64,000 nt of DNA, taken from contig CAZQSM010000001.1 in the NCBI GenBank assembly GCA_964596065.1, positions 69,818 to 133,817 of the forward strand. Direction: 5' to 3'. This document shows, piece after piece, positions 25,927 through 33,406 of this stretch. The notes below the pieces were generated by a model. The model had not been told where the DNA came from. It did not search any database and saw only the letters and a list, made by a program, of their open reading frames with translations. This DNA comes from an uncultured Chlorobiaceae bacterium. Lineage in GTDB: Bacteria; Bacteroidota; Ignavibacteria; UBA10030; SZUA-254. The position numbers and the translations under genes are program-made. Each line of letters starts with the position of its first letter. Position 1 is the first letter of the stretch.

Positions 25927-27837
25927 ATGGACTCACTCCGCCATCTGAAGCTTCTCCACGAGGCGTTGTCACACCCCCAGGATCAGGTCCGGACCCGGAG
26001 GTACGCGATACCGGGGCGATGGTTTCCCACCGGCCACCGGGCCTCCCCGGCATCCCGTGATCCGTTCGCACTGTACGCGTCGGTAACCGGCGCGGTCCTC
26101 AATGCCGATCCCGTTCCGCTCTGCGGCTCCGGCCAAACGGGGGGAGGGTGGTGCAGGGAAGCGGTCGTGTACAATATGCTGGTCAGGCTCACCTGTGCCT
26201 ACGACCACGACGGCGACGGCGTCCTCGGCCTGCCAGTCAACGGCGACGGTTGGAGGGAGACCGGTTCCTTCCTGAAGGCGATCGCCATCCTTCCCTACAT
26301 CCGGTCCCTCGGCGCGAACACGATCCATCTCCTCCCGGTGCAGCAGATCGGAATGGACGGCAGGAGGGGGACGCTGGGATCTCCGTACGCCGTGCGGGAT
26401 CCCCTCGCGATCGACCCGTCGCTCGGGGAACCGAACACCGGCGTCCCGGCCATGACAGAGTTCGCCGCCTTCCTGGAAGCCGCACGGCATTCGGGCTTTC
26501 GCGTTATCGTCGAAATACCGTTAAGAACTCTCAGTAAAGACGCTGCCTGGGTTGAAGATAACCCGGAATGGTTCTATTGGATTCGATCCGACCGAAAATT
26601 CGCCCCGCCCAGGTTTGACCGTGAGGAGATAGCGGCTGCGACGCGGAAGATCGAGGCCGGGGACCGCGAGGGGTTGCCCCCCCCGTCAGCGGAATACCGG
26701 GGGATCTTCACGGCTCCGCCGCAGAGGGGTGCGGTGCGCCTGGATGGGGTCCGGTGGAGCGGCACTTTGCCGGACGGTCAAGGGGTCGTCGTCCCGGGCG
26801 CCTTCGCCGACTGGCCGCCCGACGACCACCAGCCGGTCTGGGACGACGTCACCTACCTGAAATTGTATCAGGACCCCCGGTTCAACTACCCGGCCTATAA
26901 CACTGTGAGGATGTATGATTCAAGCCTTCTCCATGGAGATTCAGCAACAGCAACATTGTGGGAAAAACTGGGATCCGTCGTAGCGGCGTACGCGGGGATG
27001 ACGGGGGTCGACGGGATCATGATCGACATGGCCCACGCGCTCCCGGAACCACTCGTACGCAGGCTCGTCGCCGGGGCGAGGGATATCAATCCCGGATTTT
27101 CCTTCTGGGCGGAGGATTTTTCGAGGACTCCCGGCCAGGTCAGTGTCGGATTCGACGCGGTCCTGGGGGGACAGTGGGCCTGCCAGCACAATCCGGTCGA
27201 TTTTGCCTCGATGCTCGATTGGATCTCCGGGACACCCCAACTGCTCCCGCACCTCGCGACACCGGAGACGCACAACACCCCCAGGGCCGCCGGCAGGAAG
27301 TGGGGCGCACGCTACTCCCGATATGCCTGGACGATCAGTTGTTTCATCCCCGGCATCCCTTTCATCCATTCAGGTTTTGAGTTATACGAAATCCGGCCGG
27401 TCAATACAGGACTTGGCTTTACCCCCCGGGAGCTCGCCTCGTTTCCAACTGAAGAACTTCCTCTTTTCAGTCCTCACGCTCTCTCCTGGAGTCAGGCAGA
27501 TGCGACGGTCGAGTGGGTGGCCCGTCCGCTCGGTATCAGGGCCCGATTCAACGATTGCATCCTCCCGGTCGTTGGGGCGGAATGCCGCATCGTCGACCCG
27601 GGCGACCGGCGCGTCCTCGCGTTCATCCGGTCGAACCGAAACTCGGGCCATTCCCTCCTGATTGTGGGCAACAGCGACCTGGAGCATCGTGTCGATTTCA
27701 CCCTCCGGGGGGTCACTCCCCGGGGCGGGTCGTGGACCGACCTGCTCTCGGGAGAATCGATCGGGGGTTTCCCCGGCGGCGTCAACGGGGGCCTCGATCC
27801 CGGCCAGGTCTTCGTCTTCGAACTGACGGGGTCCTGA
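25927..27837 (+). CDS. GH13 alpha-amylase-family enzyme
   Basis: GSFLKAIAILPYIRSLGANTIHLLPV, GSPYAVRDPLAIDPSLG, and catalytic region GVDGIMIDMAHALP. Start at Met MDSLRHL, 9 nt after glgP; the ORF-track 5' extension overlaps glgP. Confidence 0.7.
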   Translation: MDSLRHLKLLHEALSHPQDQVRTRRYAIPGRWFPTGHRASPASRDPFALYASVTGAVLNADPVPLCGSGQTGGGWCREAVVYNMLVRLTCAYDHDGDGVLGLPVNGDGWRETGSFLKAIAILPYIRSLGANTIHLLPVQQIGMDGRRGTLGSPYAVRDPLAIDPSLGEPNTGVPAMTEFAAFLEAARHSGFRVIVEIPLRTLSKDAAWVEDNPEWFYWIRSDRKFAPPRFDREEIAAATRKIEAGDREGLPPPSAEYRGIFTAPPQRGAVRLDGVRWSGTLPDGQGVVVPGAFADWPPDDHQPVWDDVTYLKLYQDPRFNYPAYNTVRMYDSSLLHGDSATATLWEKLGSVVAAYAGMTGVDGIMIDMAHALPEPLVRRLVAGARDINPGFSFWAEDFSRTPGQVSVGFDAVLGGQWACQHNPVDFASMLDWISGTPQLLPHLATPETHNTPRAAGRKWGARYSRYAWTISCFIPGIPFIHSGFELYEIRPVNTGLGFTPRELASFPTEELPLFSPHALSWSQADATVEWVARPLGIRARFNDCILPVVGAECRIVDPGDRRVLAFIRSNRNSGHSLLIVGNSDLEHRVDFTLRGVTPRGGSWTDLLSGESIGGFPGGVNGGLDPGQVFVFELTGS

Positions 27838-27848
27838 CAGGAGGGCGC

Positions 27849-28592
27849 ATGTGCGGACGGTTCACCATCACGACGGACAGGGTCGAATTCATCCTGAAGA
27901 AGTTCCACGCCATCCCTGCCACCGGTTTCAACGGGATCACGCCGCGGTACAACGCCTCCCCGGGGCAGCTTGTCCCCGCCATCGTCGCGAAGGAGGACGG
28001 GGTCCGATACCTCACCGACGTCCTCTGGGGCTTCGTCCCCCCCTGGGGGGAGGAGAAGGGGGAGGCGGGATACCAGATCAACATCCGCGACGATACGATC
28101 GCGCGCAACAAGTTCTTCCGGTCGCGCCTCCTCTCGGGCCGCTGCGTCCTCCTGGCGGACGGATTCTACGAGTGGCGGAAGCCGCCCGGCTTCGAGCACC
28201 TCCCACGCGGGAAGAGGCTCCCGAAGGGGGTACGGAAAGTTCCGCACAGGATCGTCCTCTCGGACCGCAAACCATTCGCCCTCGCCGGACTCTGGCGCAC
28301 TGTCGACATCAATGCAAAGCACGTCCTGACCGCGGGGATCATTACCACGTCCCCCAACGCCCTGGTCGCGCCGATCCATGACCGGATGCCGGTGATCCTC
28401 GACGACCGCGATCTTTCGCTCTGGCTCGACCCCCGCTCCGACGACTTCGACGCGCTCCACAGCCTGCTCGACCCATATCCCGCCGGGGAGATGGAGGCCT
28501 ATGCGGTTTCCGACGCGGTGAACAACAGCCGGAACGACGTCATCGCCTGTATCGCCCCGGCGGATGATCCGCCGGCTCCGCGGAAGCGTTGA
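27849..28592 (+). CDS. yedK: SOS-response-associated peptidase (SRAP / YedK / HMCES family), abasic-site sensor
   Basis: Begins MCGRFTI (catalytic Cys2 after Met1), about 247 aa, conserved SRAP core. True start 12 nt after the GH13 stop. The 3' end overlaps the convergent PolB gene by about 53 nt. Confidence 0.85.
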   Translation: MCGRFTITTDRVEFILKKFHAIPATGFNGITPRYNASPGQLVPAIVAKEDGVRYLTDVLWGFVPPWGEEKGEAGYQINIRDDTIARNKFFRSRLLSGRCVLLADGFYEWRKPPGFEHLPRGKRLPKGVRKVPHRIVLSDRKPFALAGLWRTVDINAKHVLTAGIITTSPNALVAPIHDRMPVILDDRDLSLWLDPRSDDFDALHSLLDPYPAGEMEAYAVSDAVNNSRNDVIACIAPADDPPAPRKR

Positions 28593-30912
28593 CCGCCGCG
28601 TCAGGCCACGCCACCACCGACTCCGGGGCGGCGACCCTCTCCGGCCGGCCGCCGCGACCGACCGTCGAACGCCTCCCGCCGGACCGGCGCCCATTCACCC
28701 CGTAGATCTCCGCGAGCTTCGCCCGGTCGTATCCGAACGGCGAAAGGAGGGTCTCCACCGCTTTCAATAAAAACTCGGTGTATTTTTCGATGTCGTACCC
28801 GTCCCAGTGCTGGTACGTGAGCAGGCTCTTGGCCTTCTGGGGATCGCGCCTGCCGCTCTGGTCCACGATGATGTAATCGATGACTTCGCCCGCCTTTACC
28901 GTCACGCCGAACGCCGCGAGTTCCCGCACCACCATCGCGCTCAGGTTGTTGGTGACATATTCGTCCGCCTCCTTCTGGACCCGACGGCGGAGCACGAGCT
29001 GTTTCGGGTCGGCGCGGCCTGCGCGCAGTTCGTTCAGGTAGAAACCAGCCTCGCGGATCAGTTCGGGGGCCCTGGCGGCGATCTCCCGGACGTCCTTCAT
29101 CTCCGACATCAGTTCCAGCAGCCGCGCCTGCATCGTCTTGACGAACCAGGGGGTGTCCTTGCGGCGCACCTCGATTCCCCTGGTCTTCATCTCGCCGTGG
29201 GCGTACCACCCCGCGTACTTTCCGGACGTGGGGATGCCGGGGTCGGTCTTCGATGAAGGGAAGAGGAGCCAGGTGTACATCCCCTCGAACGAGACGGTGA
29301 CGCCGACTTCGTCCCTGATCTCCTGGCAGAGCCTGAGGTACTCCTCCCGGGTCGCCCCCGGCTTTTTGAGCCAGAGGCAGTCGATGATGGCGTGCACCAG
29401 GTGAAAGCCGCCGGCCTCGGCGATTTCCTTCGCCCGCAGGAGCGCCTCGCGCGAATACGCGTTCACCGACTCGTGCGCCTCGATCCTCCCGAAGCGCGCG
29501 TTCTTGTACCCGAGGTAGCCGAAGCAGGTCACGAGCATCCACTTGAGCGCGTTCTGCCTCCGGTCATACTTCCGGTACTCGGCGAGGGTGGGGGCGTTCT
29601 TCCTGCGCATCTTGTAATACGCCCGCTTCTCGAGGACCGGTTTGAGCGTCGCCGGAACGATCCCTTTCCGCCGCTCGCAGATCGTGTATCCCAGCTCCGG
29701 CACCTTCCGGTTGTCGCAGCAGGGGCAGTTGATCGTCTCCGGGCTGATGTTGTGCAGTTCCATCAGGCTCGGGTACATGCTGGCGAAATCCAGCTCGGCG
29801 ACCTCCTCGTGGTATCCCATCTCGGGCATGAAGACCAGACCGCCCCGGTCGCTCAGCAACAGCTCGTCGGCGCTCTTGAAATCCTCGCCCTCCTTCTTTT
29901 CGGCGGGGATCAGGATGTTGTTCCGGTACGCGTAGCTCATCTGCATGCTGGCGAGCCCCGTGCCGATGGCCGCCCGGGACTGCTTCTGCATCGGGAGCTG
30001 GGTGAGGCGCGCCAGTTCGATCACCCCCTCGATGTCCGATTCCCCCATGATGAAGCTGTTCTCCGAGTCCATATGCCAGCGGCCGGCCAGCATGAAGGCG
30101 GCGTCGCGGTGGATGATCTGGCCGTAGGTCCAGTAGCTGCGCTCCTTCGTGGTGAAGTACTCCCGCGACCGGTCCCGGTTCAGCAGGAGCGGCACGCGGT
30201 GGCGCAGCGAAGCGTTCTGGATGGTGGGGAGGAGGGTGGCGTCGCCCCACGCCGTCAGGATGATGTCGGGGTCGTACTCGTGCAGGTGCCAGTTGAACGA
30301 CTCCAGGATCGACACGGCGTCTTCCCCCTCGAGCGCGTGGGTCGCGCCGTCGTAGTGCAGTTCGAGGTTCAGCGTCCGGAAGAACTTCGACGGGACGTCT
30401 GCCCCGCCGTTGGTGATCCGCAGGATCCTGAGGTCGGGGAGGGCGTAGTCCCGGGCGTCGAAGCTGTCGCGAACCCCGATGCGCTTCAGCGTCCCCGCGC
30501 CGTCGACGGTGAATTCGCAGCGCGCCAGGGGGAAGACCTGCCGGTCGTAGAGGTACATCTGCGCCACGGGGATGTTGCTGTTGTAGAACGCGAAATGGGG
30601 GAAGAACTTCTGCAGCGCCGAGACGCAGCGGTTGAACTGCAGGGGGTCCCGGACCGTGACCTCCTCCACCTGCCACGCCTGGCCGCTGAAGAGCTCCGTC
30701 TTCACCGCCGTCCCGAGCGTGACCGGCAGGCCGCGCACGAGCGCCGGGAGCCGGAGCGCGTCGCGCCGGTCGAGGCGGAGGTAGAACGAGGGGGCGAAGG
30801 GGTCGACATAACTGCGCGCGGCGCCGTTATCGTCGAGGAGCCAGACGGTCATCCCGCCTGCGACCGGATAGGCGTCGAAGAACCAGCCGTCAATCGTGGC
30901 CACCGGCGTCAC
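28540..30912 (-). CDS. Archaeal-type family-B DNA polymerase homolog with degenerate exonuclease and polymerase motifs (predicted catalytically inactive or impaired)
   Basis: 790 aa. Motif A LDFASMYPSLM intact. KxY region TRGIEVRRKDTPWFVKTMQARLLE strongly conserved. Exo I reads LRILRITNG (Asp/Glu replaced by Arg/Thr). Exo II reads DPDIILTAWGDATLLP (Asp to Leu). Motif B reads KWMLVTCFGYLGY (the NSxYG residues are altered). Motif C reads HAIIDCL instead of YxDTDS. Confidence 0.8.
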   Translation of the reverse strand: MTPVATIDGWFFDAYPVAGGMTVWLLDDNGAARSYVDPFAPSFYLRLDRRDALRLPALVRGLPVTLGTAVKTELFSGQAWQVEEVTVRDPLQFNRCVSALQKFFPHFAFYNSNIPVAQMYLYDRQVFPLARCEFTVDGAGTLKRIGVRDSFDARDYALPDLRILRITNGGADVPSKFFRTLNLELHYDGATHALEGEDAVSILESFNWHLHEYDPDIILTAWGDATLLPTIQNASLRHRVPLLLNRDRSREYFTTKERSYWTYGQIIHRDAAFMLAGRWHMDSENSFIMGESDIEGVIELARLTQLPMQKQSRAAIGTGLASMQMSYAYRNNILIPAEKKEGEDFKSADELLLSDRGGLVFMPEMGYHEEVAELDFASMYPSLMELHNISPETINCPCCDNRKVPELGYTICERRKGIVPATLKPVLEKRAYYKMRRKNAPTLAEYRKYDRRQNALKWMLVTCFGYLGYKNARFGRIEAHESVNAYSREALLRAKEIAEAGGFHLVHAIIDCLWLKKPGATREEYLRLCQEIRDEVGVTVSFEGMYTWLLFPSSKTDPGIPTSGKYAGWYAHGEMKTRGIEVRRKDTPWFVKTMQARLLELMSEMKDVREIAARAPELIREAGFYLNELRAGRADPKQLVLRRRVQKEADEYVTNNLSAMVVRELAAFGVTVKAGEVIDYIIVDQSGRRDPQKAKSLLTYQHWDGYDIEKYTEFLLKAVETLLSPFGYDRAKLAEIYGVNGRRSGGRRSTVGRGGRPERVAAPESVVAWPDAAVNASAEPADHPPGRYRR

Positions 30913-31174
30913 CGGGCGCTTCGACCGTCCGCACGTACTGCGCGGTCTCGAGGTATTTGATCTTCTTGTACTGCTCGAGCAGCATGCTCATGAAGATCGA
31001 TTCGAGCGGGAGTTCGCTCGCGATGAAGGCCCCGGCGGCCAGGTGGAGTTTCGGCGCGCGCCACATCTCGTCAAAGAGCTCCTGGTCTTCCTTCCGGAGG
31101 GCCCGCCGGAACTTGCTCCAGGCCTCCCTGTTCCGGTCGATGAGCAGCGTGAAGGTGTCGTTGTTGCGTCCCAT
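30890..31174 (-). CDS. Small hypothetical protein (94 aa) between the ImuA-like gene and the PolB homolog
   Basis: Balanced, helical-looking composition (REAWSKFRRALRKEDQELFDEMWR...). Overlaps the PolB start by 23 nt and the ImuA-like ORF 3' end by about 104 nt. An alternative start at Met37 (about 31066) would remove the upstream overlap. Confidence 0.4.
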   Translation of the reverse strand: MGRNNDTFTLLIDRNREAWSKFRRALRKEDQELFDEMWRAPKLHLAAGAFIASELPLESIFMSMLLEQYKKIKYLETAQYVRTVEAPGDAGGHD

Positions 31175-31880
31175 GAGGGGTGCTCCGTTGCTGGTTCGGT
31201 GTCTGGTGCAGGTCCCGGTGCAGGTCCTGGTCGAGGTAAAAGTCCGCGCCGTCGTGCCCCAGCAGCAGCGCCTCGTCCGCGCCGCGCCGCACCAGGCCGA
31301 AGAGGTCCGGTTTTCCCGGCGGGGCCGCCCGGCCCACGTCCACGTCGGCGATCAGCACGTGCGCGCCCCCGCGCGCGAGCGCCGCGAAGGTCCGCATCAC
31401 GCGGCCGAGGCTCTCCCGGCACTCGGAAGGCCTGACCTGCTCGTCGTAGTAGGTGTCGAGGAGGCCGGTCACGACGACCAGCGGGCAGGGGACGCGGGCC
31501 AGGAAACGGGGGAGCTTCGACGTGACGGCCTCCTCCGTCTGGAACGCCGTGAACGACCGGGTGACGTGGATCCGGGCCAGGGTTTCCTTCGGGGGGAGCC
31601 CGAGGAACGACGACAGCCGGGAAATGATATAGCTGTTGAAGCGCATCGATCCGTCGATGACGGCGACGGGGCGTTTCGAGGCGCAGGCGAACAGGAGGGC
31701 GGCCGTATAGACCGACGAGTGGCCGTGGAGCAGGTGGACCGCCCCCGGAAACCCCAGGAACCGGCCCGCGGCCGGGCCGAGGCCGGCAAGGGGCGTAAAA
31801 CGGGAGGATTCCGTCTGTCCGAAATATACCGGCGAATGCATCGGGAGGAGTGTGATTTGTTCTCCCGGATGATACGACAT
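31071..31880 (-). CDS. ImuA/SulA-like inactive RecA-fold protein
   Basis: The pattern SRFTPLAGLGPAAGRFLGFPGAVHLLHGHSSVYTAALLFACAS matches the ImuA-style degenerate P-loop region (no GKT/S). PLVVVTGLLDTYYDE is a Walker-B-like strand. The C-terminal about 50 aa are low-complexity. The true start may be Met14 (see promoter feature). Confidence 0.45.
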   Translation of the reverse strand: MSYHPGEQITLLPMHSPVYFGQTESSRFTPLAGLGPAAGRFLGFPGAVHLLHGHSSVYTAALLFACASKRPVAVIDGSMRFNSYIISRLSSFLGLPPKETLARIHVTRSFTAFQTEEAVTSKLPRFLARVPCPLVVVTGLLDTYYDEQVRPSECRESLGRVMRTFAALARGGAHVLIADVDVGRAAPPGKPDLFGLVRRGADEALLLGHDGADFYLDQDLHRDLHQTPNQQRSTPHGTQQRHLHAAHRPEQGGLEQVPAGPPEGRPGAL

Positions 31881-31897
31881 ATTTGTCGCATTGTCAA
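31869..31897 (-). promoter_or_regulatory. Sigma70-like promoter TTGACA-17-TATCAT overlapping the annotated ImuA-like start
   Basis: In gene orientation: TTGACA (revcomp of 31892-31897), a 17-nt spacer, then TATCAT (revcomp of 31869-31874). The -10 lies inside the first annotated codons, which suggests a leaderless start or a downstream start at Met14. Confidence 0.4.
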
Positions 31898-31928
31898 TAG
31901 ACGTACGATAAATTTGTCGTCGACAAAA
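31881..31928. promoter_or_regulatory. Candidate operator: ATTTGTCG repeats, including a 7-1-7 palindrome TTTGTCG-T-CGACAAA (31913..31927)
   Basis: ATTTGTCG occurs at 31881-31888 (in the promoter spacer, abutting the start codon) and at 31912-31919, 31 bp apart. The second copy forms a perfect inverted repeat with CGACAAA at 31921-31927. The surrounding region is AT-rich. Confidence 0.5.
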
Positions 31929-32067
31929 TGAGCGTAATTCGGGAAAAACGTGCCGTCGTGGGCGAAATGGAGCGGGAAGGGACGGTTCGGTGTGATGCGC
32001 GTCAACCGACGTAACGAAGCGAGCAGTTATTTTAATTTATTGAAAAAAAGATACACGACACCTTTGT

Positions 32068-32448
32068 ATGGGTACCCAGCAGTTACTCCTCATCATCGTC
32101 GGGATCATCATCACGGCCATCGGCATCGCCGTGGGTATCCAGCTGTTCGGCGCCTCGAGCACGTCGTCCAACAGGGACGCGCTGATCAACGACATCAACA
32201 ACCTCGCCGCCAACGCGAAGCAATACAGGACCAAGCTGCGGTCGATGGGCGGCGGGGGGGGGAGTTACGTCGGATATACCGTGCCGCCGAAGCTGGTGAG
32301 CAATGACGACGGGACGTTCAGCGCCGTGGTACAGGCGGCGAGCGTCGTGATCACCGGGACCTCCGCGCTCGGGTTCGGGACCGTGTCGGCCACCATCGAC
32401 ACCGCGGGAGCCGCGGGGAACTGGACCTACACGGGTCAGTTCCAGTAG
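32068..32448 (+). CDS. Small secreted/membrane-anchored protein with pilin-like hydrophobic N-terminus and Gly/Ser/Thr-rich body
   Basis: N-terminus MGTQQLLLIIVGIIITAIGIAVGIQLFGASSTSS lacks the canonical G-F-T-L-I-E prepilin motif. Preceded by an AT-rich promoter-like stretch (ttattttaatttattgaaaaaaagatacac). 126 aa. Confidence 0.4.
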   Translation: MGTQQLLLIIVGIIITAIGIAVGIQLFGASSTSSNRDALINDINNLAANAKQYRTKLRSMGGGGGSYVGYTVPPKLVSNDDGTFSAVVQAASVVITGTSALGFGTVSATIDTAGAAGNWTYTGQFQ

Positions 32449-32518
32449 CAGGTCCGCCGCGTCACCGGACCGGCCGCCGTTCCCTTGCCATCGACGGCCC
32501 GGTTTCGTACCTTGTGCG

Positions 32519-33379
32519 ATGCCCGGGGATGACATTCAGACGCACCTGCTTCACGCCCGCCTCCTCCGTCCGTTCTCCGGGCCGATCCTGCTGCTGCTCC
32601 TCCTCCTCCTCCTGGTCCCGCAACCGTTCCGTCTCGGCGCGCAGGTCCTCCAGACCGACATCATCTCCGCCTACCGCGATTCTGATTCCTCGGCCTTCAA
32701 CGCGCTGCTCCAGTTCAACCTGTCGCTGGAACAGCAGCTGAACACCGTCGTCAACCTCGGCGCCGGCGCCGACCTCCGGTGGCACGCAGGGGACGACGCG
32801 ATCATCCTCGGTTCGAAGGCGAAGCGGACGTACGCCGGCGACCTGCGCGTGACGAATTCCGGCTACGCCCATCTCCGGTACCGGCGCGACCGCGCCGCCC
32901 GGACGGGCGCGGACCTCTTCACGCAGTACCAGTGGGACGGGCCCCGCGGTATGAGGAGCCGCACCCTCCTCGGCGCGAACCTGCGGCACGGCGTTCTGAG
33001 GGATTCGACGCGATCGCTCGACGTCGCGGCGGGTGTGATGTACGAACTGGAGCGTTGGGGGTATGACGGGGTCGCGGAGCGCGACCGGCCGGCCGACCAG
33101 TCGGCGGTGAGCGTCCGCCAGCCCAGGATCAACACGTATGTCAGGTACCAGTCGGGGCTGACGGCGGGCGTCAGCCTCCTCGTGATGAACTACGTCCAAA
33201 CCCGGGTCGACGGCAGGTTCGACGAGCCGCGGATCGCGTCGTCGGCCCGGCTGATCGTCGACGTCACGGAGTCGGTCTCGCTCACCATCGCGTACAATTC
33301 GATCTACGATTTCGCCCCGGTGGTCCCCATCCGGCGCTTCTATTTCGACATCGCCAACGGCGTCGCGGTGCGGCTCTAG
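32519..33379 (+). CDS. Putative outer-membrane beta-barrel protein
   Basis: Leu-rich signal peptide (ILLLLLLLLLVPQPFRLGAQ). Alternating amphipathic beta-strand pattern, aromatic C-terminal region. Confidence 0.45.
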   Translation: MPGDDIQTHLLHARLLRPFSGPILLLLLLLLLVPQPFRLGAQVLQTDIISAYRDSDSSAFNALLQFNLSLEQQLNTVVNLGAGADLRWHAGDDAIILGSKAKRTYAGDLRVTNSGYAHLRYRRDRAARTGADLFTQYQWDGPRGMRSRTLLGANLRHGVLRDSTRSLDVAAGVMYELERWGYDGVAERDRPADQSAVSVRQPRINTYVRYQSGLTAGVSLLVMNYVQTRVDGRFDEPRIASSARLIVDVTESVSLTIAYNSIYDFAPVVPIRRFYFDIANGVAVRL

Positions 33380-33406
33380 AGCCCGACACCCGGGACAGCC
33401 GTGCGG

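Noticed and set aside
29392-30960. 522-aa plus-strand ORF and 370-aa minus-strand ORF (29564..30676) inside the degenerate PolB gene
   Set aside because: Low-complexity Arg/Gly/Pro-rich products in alternative frames. The PolB frame shows conserved polymerase-family blocks.
31913-31927. Interpreting the palindrome as a known LexA box
   Set aside because: It does not match any LexA consensus I can recall. It is kept as an unassigned candidate operator rather than called an SOS box.
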